A DNA stretch of 64,000 nt from an uncultured Verrucomicrobiae bacterium (GCA_963798345.1 CAWCSW010000020.1:8855-72854); one strand, 5' to 3'. Positions 1 through 10,517 are shown, numbered from the stretch's first letter. A program made the numbers and translations. The notes: generated from the letters alone by a model not told the origin.

Positions 1-4
1 CCGC

Positions 5-1306
5 TTGTTCGAGTTTGAACACCGGGTGCGGCATCGCGATGGGACGTGGCGTTTGTGTTCCATCCGGGCGGTTCCTTTGCTGGATGCAGCGGGCGAGGTC
101 CGGGAGTGGGTGGGAGTCCATACCGACATCACGGAACGGAAACGGGCGGAGGCGAACTTGCTGGAGGCCAAGCAAGCCGCAGACATGGCCAACCAAAGCA
201 AAGATCGCTTCCTCGCCGTCCTGAGCCACGAACTGCGCACGCCGCTCACGCCCGTGCTCATGGCCATCGGTGCACTGGAACACGATCCCGAGCTTTCGGC
301 CGAAGTGCGCGAAGACCTGGCAATGATGAAGCGCAACATCGAACTGGAGACGAAACTCATCGACGACCTCCTCGACCTCAGCCGCATCACCAGCGGCAAA
401 CTGCCGCTGCACATCGAACCGCTCGATCTGAATGAGGTCGTGCGCCACGTTTGCGGCATCTGCCACCCGCCGCTGCGCGAGCGATCGATTCATTTGGAAA
501 TGATGCTCGACGACGTGACCGGGTTCGTGGCTGCCGACCGTGCGCGGCTCCAGCAGGTGCTCTGGAATATCCTCAAAAACGCGATCAAGTTTACGCCGGG
601 GAAAGGCACCATCCGCGTGACCACGAAGCGCCTCGACGGCGATCGGTGGGAAGTTCGCATCCAGGATAATGGTATCGGCATTCCGGCCGAGGTGCTGCCG
701 CGTATTTTCAATGCCTTCGAGCAGGGCGACGCGAGTGTCACGCGGCAATTCGGTGGACTGGGTCTCGGGCTGGCGATCTCCAAGGCGGTCGTGGACCTGC
801 ATCAAGGATCCATTCTCGCGGAGAGTGCCGGGCCGGGCCAGGGCGCGACCTTTGTGATCGAGCTGCCTGGCGCGGCACCCGCCCCCGCGGCCGATTCCGC
901 CGGGATTGCGCCCGCCGGGGTAGGCAAGGCCCGCCGGCTCCGCCAGCTCCGCGTGCTCCTCGTCGAGGACCACGCCGACACGTCACGCACGCTCGTCCGG
1001 CTGTTACGCCGCCAGGGGTTCGTGGTGGTCAGCGCCGCGGATGTCGCCAGCGCGACCGCGCGGGCGGAGACGGAGGCGTTCGATGTGCTGGTCAGCGATC
1101 TCGGGCTACCGGACGGCAACGGCGACGAAGTGATCCGCCGGGTACGCGCCAGTCAGATCGTGCCGGGGATCGCGATGAGCGGTTACGGCATGGAAGAGGA
1201 CGTGCGCCGCTCCCGCGAGGCCGGTTTCACCGAGCACTTGGTGAAGCCGATCGACGTGTCGCAACTCGTCGCTGCGATCAGACGCGTAACAAATGATCGG
1301 GATTGA
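5..1306 (+). CDS. Hybrid sensor histidine kinase (HisKA-HATPase-REC); 5' end outside window
   Basis: H-box ANQSKDRFLAVLSHELRTPLTPVLM; HATPase N/G boxes (QQVLWNILKNAIKFT, GGLGLGLAISKAVVDLHQGS); C-terminal receiver (LLVEDHADT...DLGLPDGNG...KP). Paralogous to the kinases at 3638 and 5665. Confidence 0.85.
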   Translation: MFEFEHRVRHRDGTWRLCSIRAVPLLDAAGEVREWVGVHTDITERKRAEANLLEAKQAADMANQSKDRFLAVLSHELRTPLTPVLMAIGALEHDPELSAEVREDLAMMKRNIELETKLIDDLLDLSRITSGKLPLHIEPLDLNEVVRHVCGICHPPLRERSIHLEMMLDDVTGFVAADRARLQQVLWNILKNAIKFTPGKGTIRVTTKRLDGDRWEVRIQDNGIGIPAEVLPRIFNAFEQGDASVTRQFGGLGLGLAISKAVVDLHQGSILAESAGPGQGATFVIELPGAAPAPAADSAGIAPAGVGKARRLRQLRVLLVEDHADTSRTLVRLLRRQGFVVVSAADVASATARAETEAFDVLVSDLGLPDGNGDEVIRRVRASQIVPGIAMSGYGMEEDVRRSREAGFTEHLVKPIDVSQLVAAIRRVTNDRD

Positions 1307-1463
1307 GCTCTTTCACGCCCGAAGTTCACCGGCCTTCCGATCGTTCAGCCATCCCCCTCCGCCTCGCAGCGCCACCCCCTTCCCCCACCCCCCAGTAAAC
1401 CTGCGCGTCACGAGCCTCGCCGATGCGATCCGATGAATCGGCCATAAGGACGAAAGCCCCGTC

Positions 1464-1847
1464 ATGCCTGCCTTCGTCGAGGCAATGAAGGCCAAGCCCG
1501 CGACGGTACTACCGCGGGGTGACGATTGGCTCTATGAATTGAAGTTCGATGGCTACCGTTTCCTCGGCGGAAAAGCCGGCGTGGAGGTTCGCATGTGGTC
1601 GCACTCCGAGAAGGACATCACCTCACGTTTCGCGACGGTCGCCAAGGCCCATTCCGCCTTGGTGGACCGCGAACTCGTCGTCGCTGACGAACTAGGCCGA
1701 CCGTCGTTTAACCCATTCAGCATGCGGACGAGTCCACGGATTACTGCGCGTTCCGCTTCGATCTGCTGGAACTCGATGCATGCGACCTGCGACGCGAACA
1801 GCTGGAGGAACGCCGCGCGATGCCCGGCCGATGGTCGGACACATAAT
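1464..1847 (+). pseudogene. ATP-dependent DNA ligase (LigD-type ligase domain) N-terminal remnant, frameshifted and truncated
   Basis: Ligase motif I KFDGYR (LYELKFDGYRFLGG). The reading frame breaks near 1730. The homologous text FRFDLLELDACDLRREQLEERRAMPG continues in another frame to a stop at 1845-1847. Only about 125 of the roughly 300 aa of the domain are present. Confidence 0.55.
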
Positions 1848-2139
1848 GGAGATCCTCTTCTTTTGTGACCACGACCGCCGAAGCTGAAAGAGATTTCATA
1901 AAACGAAAACTCCCCCGCGAGATTTGTGGGTACGGTGCTGGAACAAAAGGCTCATCGAACCGAGTTCGCGCCCCACGGATTGGCTGGTCGCGCGAATTTC
2001 TCACCCCCCATTCATTTCGGAAAAGCGAACTCACGGTGATGCGCTCACGCACCGACTTTGCTGCGATGGGAAAGTTAAAGGCGCAAGTAGGCGTGGCCTG
2101 TAGAGGGCTCCGTTCCAGCGCGCCGCATCCGGCCATCTT

Positions 2140-3657
2140 ATGACTTCTAATTTAGCAACCGAGGCGCTCGCTCCGAAATGTCTCACCGGTATTGAGGGGC
2201 TCGACCGCGTCCTTCTGGGCGGGCTCCCGCGCAACCGCTTCTATCTCGTGCAGGGCGATCCCGGCGTCGGTAAAACGACTCTCGGGCTACAATTCCTCTT
2301 GGAGGGAGTGAAGTCCGGCGAGAAGGGTCTCTACATTACGCTTTCCGAAACGCGGGAAGAATTGTTGGGAGTCGCGCACTCCCACGACTGGTCACTCGAC
2401 GCCCTGGCCATTTTTGAGTTGTCGGCCATTGAGGAAACGCTGTCCACCGATTCGCAAAACACGCTCTTCCATCCCTCGGAGGTTGAGTTGAATCACATCA
2501 CGAAGATTCTCCGCGATAAGGTAAGCGAAGTGCAGCCGGCGCGCATAGTGTTCGACTCGCTTTCCGAGCTGCGGCTGCTCGCGCAGAATCCATTGCGGTA
2601 TCGACGGCAGTTGCTTTCGCTCAAGCAGTTCTTCGTCGGGCGCAACTGCACGGTCCTGGTCATGGACGACCGGACCAGCGAAGCCTCCGACCGGGAGGTA
2701 CAGAGCATCGCGCATGGGGTTTTGAATCTGGCGCGGATGGCTCCCGAATACGGCGCGGAACGCCGCCGACTTTCGGTGGTCAAAGTGCGCGGCGAGGCAT
2801 TCCGCGGCGGTTTTCACGACTACATTATTACCAAAGGTGGTCTGGTCGTTTTCCCGCGTCTGATCGCCTCCGAGCATCGCCGCACCTTTCCGGCACAAGC
2901 AATCTCCAGTGACATCAAGCAACTGGATGCCCTGCTGCTCGGCGGTTTGGATCGGGGCACCAGTACGCTCTTTTCCGGTCCTCCGGGAACCGGGAAATCG
3001 ACGCTGGGAGCCAAGTTCGCGGCGGCGGCCGCGGGCCGTGGTGAAGCCGTTGCCGCCTATACTTTCGACGAGAAAATCGAGACCTACATCCAGCGTGGGG
3101 ATGCGCTCGGCATGGAGTTGAGCAAGCACATCGCGAGCGGCAAGCTGGAGGCGACGCAAATCAATCCCGCGGAACTCTCGCCAGGCGAATTTGCGCATCG
3201 CATCCGCCGCGCCGTGGAAGACCGGGACGTCCGGTTGGTCGTGATCGACAGCTTGAACGGCTACCTCAATGCGATGCCCGAGGAGCGTTTCCTCACCATC
3301 CAGATGCATGAGTTGCTCAGCTATCTGGCGCAACAGGGCGTCGTGACGATTCTCATTCTCGCGCAGCACGGACTGGTCGGGTCGATGCAGTCGCCCGTCG
3401 ATGTCACCTATCTCGCGGATACCGTGCTGATTCTCCGCTATTTCGAGGTCGAGGGCGCGGTGAAGCAGGCCGTTTCGGTAATCAAGAAGCGCAGCGGCGG
3501 CCACGAGCGAACGATTCGGGAATTCAAGATTCAATCCGACGGCGTCCACGTTGGAGAGCCGCTCCGCGAGTTCCATGGCGTGCTCACGGGAGTGCCGACT
3601 TTTCAAGGATCGGCCGAGGCAATTATGAAAGGAAAAGGTGGCAACGGACATTCGTGA
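2140..3657 (+). CDS. kaiC: KaiC-family circadian-clock-like ATPase (two RecA-like P-loop domains)
   Basis: Domain I GIEGLDRVLLGGLPRNRFYLVQGDPGVGKTTLGLQFL. Domain II ISSDIKQLDALLLGGLDRGTSTLFSGPPGTGKSTLGAKFA. KaiC-like C-terminal stretch DTVLILRYFEVEGAVKQAVSVIKKRSGGHERTIREFKI. The stop overlaps the start of the downstream kinase by 20 nt. Confidence 0.8.
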   Translation: MTSNLATEALAPKCLTGIEGLDRVLLGGLPRNRFYLVQGDPGVGKTTLGLQFLLEGVKSGEKGLYITLSETREELLGVAHSHDWSLDALAIFELSAIEETLSTDSQNTLFHPSEVELNHITKILRDKVSEVQPARIVFDSLSELRLLAQNPLRYRRQLLSLKQFFVGRNCTVLVMDDRTSEASDREVQSIAHGVLNLARMAPEYGAERRRLSVVKVRGEAFRGGFHDYIITKGGLVVFPRLIASEHRRTFPAQAISSDIKQLDALLLGGLDRGTSTLFSGPPGTGKSTLGAKFAAAAAGRGEAVAAYTFDEKIETYIQRGDALGMELSKHIASGKLEATQINPAELSPGEFAHRIRRAVEDRDVRLVVIDSLNGYLNAMPEERFLTIQMHELLSYLAQQGVVTILILAQHGLVGSMQSPVDVTYLADTVLILRYFEVEGAVKQAVSVIKKRSGGHERTIREFKIQSDGVHVGEPLREFHGVLTGVPTFQGSAEAIMKGKGGNGHS

Positions 3658-5293
3658 GTCGGGAGACGAGAGCGTCCTCGTCCTGGCACCACTCGGTCGC
3701 GACGCTGAACTTGCGTCCGCCGCTTTGGCCGCGACCGGATTTCAATGCGTGATCTGCGGCGACCTGCAGGAAGTCATGGAAAAGCTCTCCACCCCGCGCG
3801 GCGCGGTGCTGCTCGCCGAGGAGGCGATCACACCCGCCGGACTGGCGCAATTAGCCGCTCTCCTCGGTGCTCAGCCCGCGTGGTCGGACTTGCCCATTAT
3901 CCTTCTCACGAGCAGCGGCAATGTGGCCGAAGCTAATTCCGCTGCGGTGGCACACTTCGGGCAGGACATTAATGTTACGCTGCTGGAGAGACCGCTCCGT
4001 GTCATCACCCTCTGCAGCACGGCGCGCGTGGCGCTGCGCGCCCGGCGTCGCCAATACGAAGTGCGCGCCCTCCTTCGGCAGCGCGAAGAAGTTCTGGCCA
4101 GCGAGCGCGCAGCGAGGTCTGACGCCGAACGCGCGGGCCGGATGAAGGATGAATTTTTGGCCACGCTCAGCCACGAACTGCGGACGCCACTCAATGCCAT
4201 CGTTGGCTGGTGTGCGCTGCTACAGGGCGGCCCGACGGATGATGACGAATTGGCGCAAGGCTTGGAAACGATCGAGCGGAACGCACGGGCGCAGACGCGG
4301 ATCATCGAAGACTTGCTCGATATGAGCCGGATTATTTCCGGGAAAATCCGGCTGGACGTCCGGCCATGCGATCTCGGGGAAATTGTCCAAGCGGCGGTGG
4401 ACACCGTGCGCCCGGCAGCGGAAGCCAAGAGCATCACGTTGCGCGCTGTTCTTGATTCCGAAATCGGCCCGCTATTGGGCGATCCCAATCGACTTCAGCA
4501 GGTCTTTTGGAACCTGCTGACCAATGCCATTAAATTCACGCCCAAAGGCGGCTCGGTGAAGGTCACCCTTCAGCGCGTCCACTCCCAAGCGGAGATCAGC
4601 ATCGCCGATACGGGTCATGGGATTCAGGCCGAATTCTTGCCGTTCGTCTTCGATCGCTTTCGCCAGGCGGATTCTTCCTCGACCCGGCATCATCGCGGAC
4701 TCGGTCTGGGCTTGGCCATTGTCAAGCAATTGGTGGAACTCCACGGAGGAAGTGTGGCGGCTCGGAGCCCAGGGCTCGGGCGGGGCGCGACGTTCATGGT
4801 GGCGCTGCCGGTCTCAGCGTTGCTTGCAAATCCTGACTCCGGCACTTCGGCGCCGACCCATGAGGCAGAATTGGCAGTCTCCTCGGATTGGAAAGCAGAG
4901 GTGCGGCTCAACGACGTGAAAGTGGTCGTCGTGGACGACGAAGTGGACGCCCGCGATGTCGTGCGACGCCTCCTCGAAGGCTGCGAAGCGGACGTGCGGG
5001 TCGCGGGTTCCGCGGCGGAGGCGCTCGGACTTATTCGAGCGCACCGGCCAGACGTGCTGGTCAGCGACATCGGCATGCCGGGCGAAGACGGCTACGCGCT
5101 GATTCGCCTCCTGCGCGCGTTGCCGCCGGACGAAGGCGGCTCTACCCCCGCTATCGCGCTTACGGCATACGCGCGCGTGGAGGACCGCGTACAGGCGCTG
5201 CGTGGGGGCTTTCAAATGCACGCCGTCAAACCCGTCGAGCCAGCCGAATTGGTGGCCATGGTGGCGAGCCTCGCGCGTTCGGCTACCGCCTGA
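3638..5293 (+). CDS. Hybrid histidine kinase with N-terminal pseudo-receiver domain (PsR-HisKA-HATPase-REC)
   Basis: N-terminal roughly 130 aa has receiver-like beta/alpha periodicity (VLVLAPLG..., AVLLAEE, PIILLTSSG) but the phospho-acceptor Asp position reads AEE. Then RMKDEFLATLSHELRTPLNAI, an HATPase domain (GLGLGLAIVKQLVELHGGS), and a true C-terminal REC (VVVVDDEVDARD...VSDIGMPGEDG...KP). Probably translationally coupled to kaiC. Confidence 0.85.
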   Translation: MATDIRESGDESVLVLAPLGRDAELASAALAATGFQCVICGDLQEVMEKLSTPRGAVLLAEEAITPAGLAQLAALLGAQPAWSDLPIILLTSSGNVAEANSAAVAHFGQDINVTLLERPLRVITLCSTARVALRARRRQYEVRALLRQREEVLASERAARSDAERAGRMKDEFLATLSHELRTPLNAIVGWCALLQGGPTDDDELAQGLETIERNARAQTRIIEDLLDMSRIISGKIRLDVRPCDLGEIVQAAVDTVRPAAEAKSITLRAVLDSEIGPLLGDPNRLQQVFWNLLTNAIKFTPKGGSVKVTLQRVHSQAEISIADTGHGIQAEFLPFVFDRFRQADSSSTRHHRGLGLGLAIVKQLVELHGGSVAARSPGLGRGATFMVALPVSALLANPDSGTSAPTHEAELAVSSDWKAEVRLNDVKVVVVDDEVDARDVVRRLLEGCEADVRVAGSAAEALGLIRAHRPDVLVSDIGMPGEDGYALIRLLRALPPDEGGSTPAIALTAYARVEDRVQALRGGFQMHAVKPVEPAELVAMVASLARSATA

Positions 5294-5664
5294 ACAACAA
5301 AATCGGACATCCGTTTCAACCCAGCACAGCAATCTTTCATCGCACCCCGAGTCTCCGATGACCACCACACAACTCGAATTCCCAGTCACGACGACATCGC
5401 AGCTATGGCCCGGAATCTTTGGGAAGAAGAGGGAAGGCTCAAACGCAAGGCTGAGGAGCATTGGCGGCTCGCCGATTCGCCAAGCTCAGCAGCTCGGTGA
5501 GCAGACGAAGTCCCAAGGCGCCGGCGTCGTTTGGAATTGAGATTGGCTGCCGCGTGCTGGGCGGTGGGTGAATGCGGGGTTGGAGAAAGTGATTGCGCCG
5601 CGAAATGCGGCGTTGTGGCATCCCGCGCGGCATTTAGTCTGCGACCGAAATTTCCACGCCGCCC

Positions 5665-8253
5665 TTGACTCTCTCGCTCCTCAATGTCGATCCGCAGCAT
5701 CTTCGCGAGTTTTTTGCCTACGTGGCGGCCGCGCGAAAATGGGCGCTCGTTGATCCCGAGTTGGCGTCGGAGCCGGACATTCGGTGTCTCCTTGCCGCCT
5801 TCCCGCAGTCCTCAGGAGAGGTCTTGGGAGAGCAGGAAGCTCGGAAGCGAGCAGGAGAGGCACTGCGTCAAAGCGAGGCCATGGCGAAGGCGTGCGCCGA
5901 GGAGTTGACCAAGGCCCTGGACGCGCTGGACGAAAGTGAGAAAAAGCTGCGCTGGGCGACGGAAGCGACGGAAGCGGCGGAACTGGCGATCTGGTCGTGG
6001 GACGTCGCCCAGGACTCCGTCATTTGGGAGAATGACCGACCCTACGAATTCTTTGGCATAGACCGCGCTCAGGGACCGGTGAATGCGGCGCGCTTCGTGG
6101 CTGAATTCCTCCACCGCGAGGACGCGCCGGGATTTGAGTCTGCCGCAGCCAATGCGCTGCGCACAGGGGAGCGATTCTTTTTCCTCGGGCGTTTCTACCG
6201 CAAAAGCGGGGAACTGCGCTGGATCGAATTCACCGGACATCCCACGCCCGGTGTGGGCGGAAAATTCATACACATGTTCGGCACCGCGGCCGACGTGACG
6301 GCGCGCCAGTCGCAGCAGCTTGCTGTGGAAGAAAGCGAGGCGCGCCTCCGCCGGGTGTTCGAGTCGAATGTTGTGGGCATGATCAAGTGGAATCTGGACC
6401 GCAGCCTGATCCTCGACGCCAACGAAGAGTTTCTCCGCATGACCGGCTACACGCGCGAAGACGTGGCCGAGGGTCGCTTGAATTTCCGCGCCCTGACCCC
6501 ACCCGAGTGGACGCCACTGAACGAGGACGGCATCCGTCGCATCCGTGAGCAGGGTTTCGCCGCGCCTTACGAGAAGGAATACTTTCGCAAAGACGGGTCG
6601 CGCGTTCCCGTGATCATCGCCGGCACGCGGTTTGACGACGCCCCGTCGGAAGGGATGTCTTTCTTGATCGACATCACCGAACGCAAGCGCGCGGAGGCGG
6701 CGATGCGCCAGAACGCGGCCCTATTTTCCACCCTCATCGAGCAGGCGCCCGTGGGGGTGTATGTGGTGGATGCGCAGTTCCGCCTGCAACAGGTGAACAC
6801 CGTAGCATTGCCCGCTTTCCGGAGCGTCCGTCCGCTGCTCGGGCGCGATTTTGGCGAAGTCATGGACATTCTGTGGGGGCCGGAGGTCGGGGGAGAATTG
6901 GCGGCCGTTTTTCGGCACACGCTGGAGACTGGAGAGCGTTACATTTCCCCGCCATTTTCCGAACAGCGCCAGGATCTCGGCGAGGAGCATGCCTACGAGT
7001 GGGAAACGCAGCGCGTCACTCTGCCCGACGGTCAGCACGGAGTGGTCTGCTATTTTTCCGACGTGACCGAAAGGCACCGGGCCGCCGCCGCCTTGCAGGA
7101 AGCCAAGGACGCCGCGGAAGCGGCCAACCGCAGCAAGGATCGTTTCCTTGCCGTGCTTAGCCACGAGCTGCGCACGCCGCTCACGCCTGTGCTGATGACC
7201 GCGGCGGCGCATCGGATGGACGAAGATCTTCCGCGGGAAATCCGCGACGAATTCGGAATGATCGAGCGCAACATCGCCCTGGAAGCGCGGCTGATTGAAG
7301 ACTTGCTCGATCTCACCCGCATCGTGAATGGCAAGCTCACCGTCCGCGCCGAGCCGTGCGATGCCCACTCCCTGCTCGGCCTCGTGGTGGAGATGGTCCG
7401 CAGCGACGCGCTGGAAAAGCAGATCACCATCCAGCTCGAACTCGCCGCGCAACGCCGTCACCTCACCGGCGATCCGGCGCGCTTGCAGCAGGTGCTTTGG
7501 AATCTGCTGCGCAACGCGGTCAAGTTCACACCCGCCGGTGGGCGCGTCTGCGTGCGGTCGTTCGATAGCGCCGACGCCACCGGATTGGAGAATCAATCGC
7601 GCCTCTGTATTGAGGTGATCGACAACGGGATCGGCTTCGAGCCGGCGGCGGCGGCGCGCATTTTCGAGCCCTTCGAGCAGAGCGGAGCGGGGCAAAGCTT
7701 CGGTGGCCTTGGCCTCGGCCTTGCCATCGCCCGCGCCGTTGTCGAATTGCACCGGGGAGCGATTCATGCCGAGAGTCCCGGTCCCGGCCAGGGCGCCACC
7801 TTCACCGTGGAATTGCCCGGCGAGATCAACTCCCGCGTCGGCGCGGCCACGCGCGGGCACGACTCGGACGACGCGCCCGAGCGCGACACACCGTTCCGGC
7901 TCCTTCTCGTGGAGGATCACGAGCCGACGCTCCAGGTGCTCACGCGGCTGCTCGTGCGGGCCGGACATCAAGTCCTCACGGCGCGAAGCCTCGCCGAGGC
8001 GCACGCGACCGCAGCGAAAGAGACCGTCAATCTCGTGATCTCCGACCTCGGCCTCCCCGACGGCACCGGGATCGAACTCATGCACCACCTCCGCGCGACT
8101 TACGGTCTCCGCGGCATCGCGCTGACTGGCTACGGCGCGTCCGACGATCTGCGTCGCTCGGAGGACGCGGGTTTCGTCGCGCATTTGGTGAAGCCGGTGA
8201 ATATCCACGAGCTTCGGCGAGTGTTGCGAAGTCTCTCAGCGACAAATTCCTGA
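5665..8253 (+). CDS. PAS-domain hybrid histidine kinase (PAS x2-3, HisKA, HATPase, REC)
   Basis: PAS-like segments (WSWDVAQDSVIWEND..., MIKWNLDRSLILDANEEFLRMTGYTREDV...). H-box ANRSKDRFLAVLSHELRTPLTPVLM. HATPase (QQVLWNLLRNAVKFT, GGLGLGLAIARAVVELHRGA). C-terminal REC (LLLVEDHEPT...SDLGLPDGTG...KP). Confidence 0.85.
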   Translation: MTLSLLNVDPQHLREFFAYVAAARKWALVDPELASEPDIRCLLAAFPQSSGEVLGEQEARKRAGEALRQSEAMAKACAEELTKALDALDESEKKLRWATEATEAAELAIWSWDVAQDSVIWENDRPYEFFGIDRAQGPVNAARFVAEFLHREDAPGFESAAANALRTGERFFFLGRFYRKSGELRWIEFTGHPTPGVGGKFIHMFGTAADVTARQSQQLAVEESEARLRRVFESNVVGMIKWNLDRSLILDANEEFLRMTGYTREDVAEGRLNFRALTPPEWTPLNEDGIRRIREQGFAAPYEKEYFRKDGSRVPVIIAGTRFDDAPSEGMSFLIDITERKRAEAAMRQNAALFSTLIEQAPVGVYVVDAQFRLQQVNTVALPAFRSVRPLLGRDFGEVMDILWGPEVGGELAAVFRHTLETGERYISPPFSEQRQDLGEEHAYEWETQRVTLPDGQHGVVCYFSDVTERHRAAAALQEAKDAAEAANRSKDRFLAVLSHELRTPLTPVLMTAAAHRMDEDLPREIRDEFGMIERNIALEARLIEDLLDLTRIVNGKLTVRAEPCDAHSLLGLVVEMVRSDALEKQITIQLELAAQRRHLTGDPARLQQVLWNLLRNAVKFTPAGGRVCVRSFDSADATGLENQSRLCIEVIDNGIGFEPAAAARIFEPFEQSGAGQSFGGLGLGLAIARAVVELHRGAIHAESPGPGQGATFTVELPGEINSRVGAATRGHDSDDAPERDTPFRLLLVEDHEPTLQVLTRLLVRAGHQVLTARSLAEAHATAAKETVNLVISDLGLPDGTGIELMHHLRATYGLRGIALTGYGASDDLRRSEDAGFVAHLVKPVNIHELRRVLRSLSATNS

Positions 8254-8320
8254 TGCGCCCATCGGGAGAGTGGAAGACAAGACGACCGGCGCACGACCAG
8301 CGCGCGATGCGCAGTGAGAC

Positions 8321-9010
8321 ATGAACACCTTCACCCCTTCGCAGCCGATCGCGGAGAATCTCTGGCTCCTTGGCTACCCGCTGAAAATGTTGGGAGCCGA
8401 CTTGCGCCGCAACGTAACACTGATCCGGCTCCGATCGGGAAAACTCGTCATTCATTCCACAGCGCCTTTTTCGCCAGAGGACGTGGCGGCGATTCGCGCG
8501 CTGGGCGAGCCCGGCTGGTTGTTGGATGGAGTTTTACGCCACGACACCTTTGCAAAGGAAGGGCGCGAGGCGTTTCCAGAGATCCCATATCTCGCTCCAG
8601 AGGGTTTCTCGGGAGCGGTGGGATTTCCGACTTTGCCGATCGTGCCCGCCCCCGCCGAATGGGAAGGTGAACTATTCGCGCTGGAAATCCAAGGAGCGCC
8701 CGCCGCCCGCGATACGGCACTTCTCCATGTCTCTTCCCACACCCTGATCCTCACGGAGCTGATCTTCAACTTCGGTCAAGACGAGCCGCTCTGGACGGAG
8801 TTGCTCTTGCGCGTCGCGGTTGGTGGCGAACATCACCCGGGAATGTCCCGACCGTTTAAGGCCGGAGTGAAGAACGAAGAGGCGTTCAGGAGTTCGGTAG
8901 CGACCATTTTGGGCTGGGATTTCGACCGCGTGATCGTCGGTCACGGCGATGTGATCGAAAACGATGGCAAAAAAAAGCTGCGCGCGGCTTTGCAGACGGC
9001 TGGATTTTAG
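8321..9010 (+). CDS. Hypothetical protein, DUF4336-like
   Basis: 229-aa ORF with coding-like codon usage. N-terminal LWLLGYP...RMLGADLRRNVTLIRL and C-terminal VIVGHGDVI resemble DUF4336-type proteins as I recall them. This is a weak, memory-based assignment. Confidence 0.45.
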   Translation: MNTFTPSQPIAENLWLLGYPLKMLGADLRRNVTLIRLRSGKLVIHSTAPFSPEDVAAIRALGEPGWLLDGVLRHDTFAKEGREAFPEIPYLAPEGFSGAVGFPTLPIVPAPAEWEGELFALEIQGAPAARDTALLHVSSHTLILTELIFNFGQDEPLWTELLLRVAVGGEHHPGMSRPFKAGVKNEEAFRSSVATILGWDFDRVIVGHGDVIENDGKKKLRAALQTAGF

Positions 9011-9075
9011 GAAATCGCGGCGAAAGCGAACTAAAACCCATAGGACGCTCGAAACCCCACCAGCACAACCGCTCC

Positions 9076-9900
9076 GTGACAAACGTCGGGAACTTGCCAT
9101 CCTCAACCCAAGACCGTTTTCGGCCGGCGGCGTTGGGCGACAGGTGGACCAAGGTGCGCAACGCGGACCTTCATTCCGTTGAGGCGGGGCGACCGGGTCG
9201 CATTCCCTTTGTGCTAATTCCCGGTCTAGCCATGTCGGGATCCTACTTTCTGCCGCTGGCGCGTTCGCTCGCGGCCAGCGACCCGGTCCAGGTGCTGGAA
9301 TTGCCGGGGTTTGGACGCAGCACGGGGCCCCGGGGTGCTCTCGCGATGCGGGAGCACGCCGCATGGCTCGACGACTGGATGGAGGTGCGCAATATTCAAA
9401 GGTGCCATCTCGTCGGTCACTCGATGGGCTGCCAAGTGACTGCGCACCTCGCGGCAGAGCACGCGGATCGCGTGCGGACCCTCACCCTGATCGGGCCGAC
9501 GGTCGATGCGCACGCTCGTCGGAGAACCACGCAAATCCTCCGACTGTTCCGCGACTTCTCCAAGGAGAGCCTTCCCACTGTATTTCGCGCGCTGGTGGAT
9601 GTCCTCCGGGCTGGCGTCGTCCGGACTTGGCGGACGAGCACCGAAATGCTGGCCGATCCGCTCGAAGCGCAACTCGCCCGGATCACCGCACCAACGCTCC
9701 TCCTCCGCGGTGCGAACGACTCGATCGCGCCAGAGCGTTGGTTGCAAACCGCCGCCTCCTTCCTCGCAGCCGGACACTCAATGACGCTGCCAGTAGGGGC
9801 GCATTGCGTGCAATTTTCCGCCGCCGCGCAAACGGCCGCGGCCATCCTCACGTGGACTAGCCTGCACGAGGAGACGCGGTCTCATGCGCGCGAATCCTGA
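9076..9900 (+). CDS. Alpha/beta-fold hydrolase
   Basis: Nucleophile elbow GHSMG (HLVGHSMGCQV). Typical alpha/beta-hydrolase length and a C-terminal His region. Confidence 0.75.
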   Translation: MTNVGNLPSSTQDRFRPAALGDRWTKVRNADLHSVEAGRPGRIPFVLIPGLAMSGSYFLPLARSLAASDPVQVLELPGFGRSTGPRGALAMREHAAWLDDWMEVRNIQRCHLVGHSMGCQVTAHLAAEHADRVRTLTLIGPTVDAHARRRTTQILRLFRDFSKESLPTVFRALVDVLRAGVVRTWRTSTEMLADPLEAQLARITAPTLLLRGANDSIAPERWLQTAASFLAAGHSMTLPVGAHCVQFSAAAQTAAAILTWTSLHEETRSHARES

Positions 9901-10517
9901 TTTCCAGAATGGCACCCGAACGCCGTATCGCGATCCTATAAATACGAATTCGCAAACGCCGAAACCGAACCACGAGCACGAAGTAGATCCGGACCAAACC
10001 CCAGCCTCAGGAGACGAAATGCACACGGACGTAAGCGTTTGAACTCAACGCGCAGACCAAGGACCTCGCGGAACGGGACGAACCGACCGGTGCGTCGGGG
10101 ACCGCTGCACCGAAGGTCTTGCCGGAGGACGAGGTCTCCCTTACCGAGAGGTTCGTTCTATGAGGGCACAGACGCGGCAGATTGCGGCCGCGGATCCGGA
10201 CGGTGAACCGTGTAAAGCGGGCGACTGCGCCCACACCGCACCGCTATTACATCTGTGGCTGGCATTGCAGCCCACGGACTGCCGGACCGTTTCCGCAAAG
10301 TTTCCTGGTCCAGCCCGGGCGGCATCAGTGATACGAATGACAAATCTCTTCATGCCAACATCATTCGCAGCATGTTGGCCGCATGCCGGGCGTCCATTCA
10401 CAACGCGTCGCGATTTACACCCCCACAAGTTTCGGCCCGCCAACCCGGTTCTATTAGTCGGATCACCATAAGCAAAAGGCCGCCGCCGGAATAACCGGCG
10501 GCGGCATGCTTGTCCGC

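Noticed and set aside
1865-2143. 92-aa ORF just upstream of kaiC, considered as a possible kaiB
   Set aside because: No resemblance to the KaiB thioredoxin-like sequence. Arg/Gly-rich composition, probably non-coding.
2392-3651. 419-aa minus-strand ORF
   Set aside because: Antisense to kaiC. No motifs, where kaiC has two unmistakable P-loop domains.
6721-8208. 495-aa minus-strand ORF
   Set aside because: Antisense to the PAS hybrid kinase. Shadow ORF.
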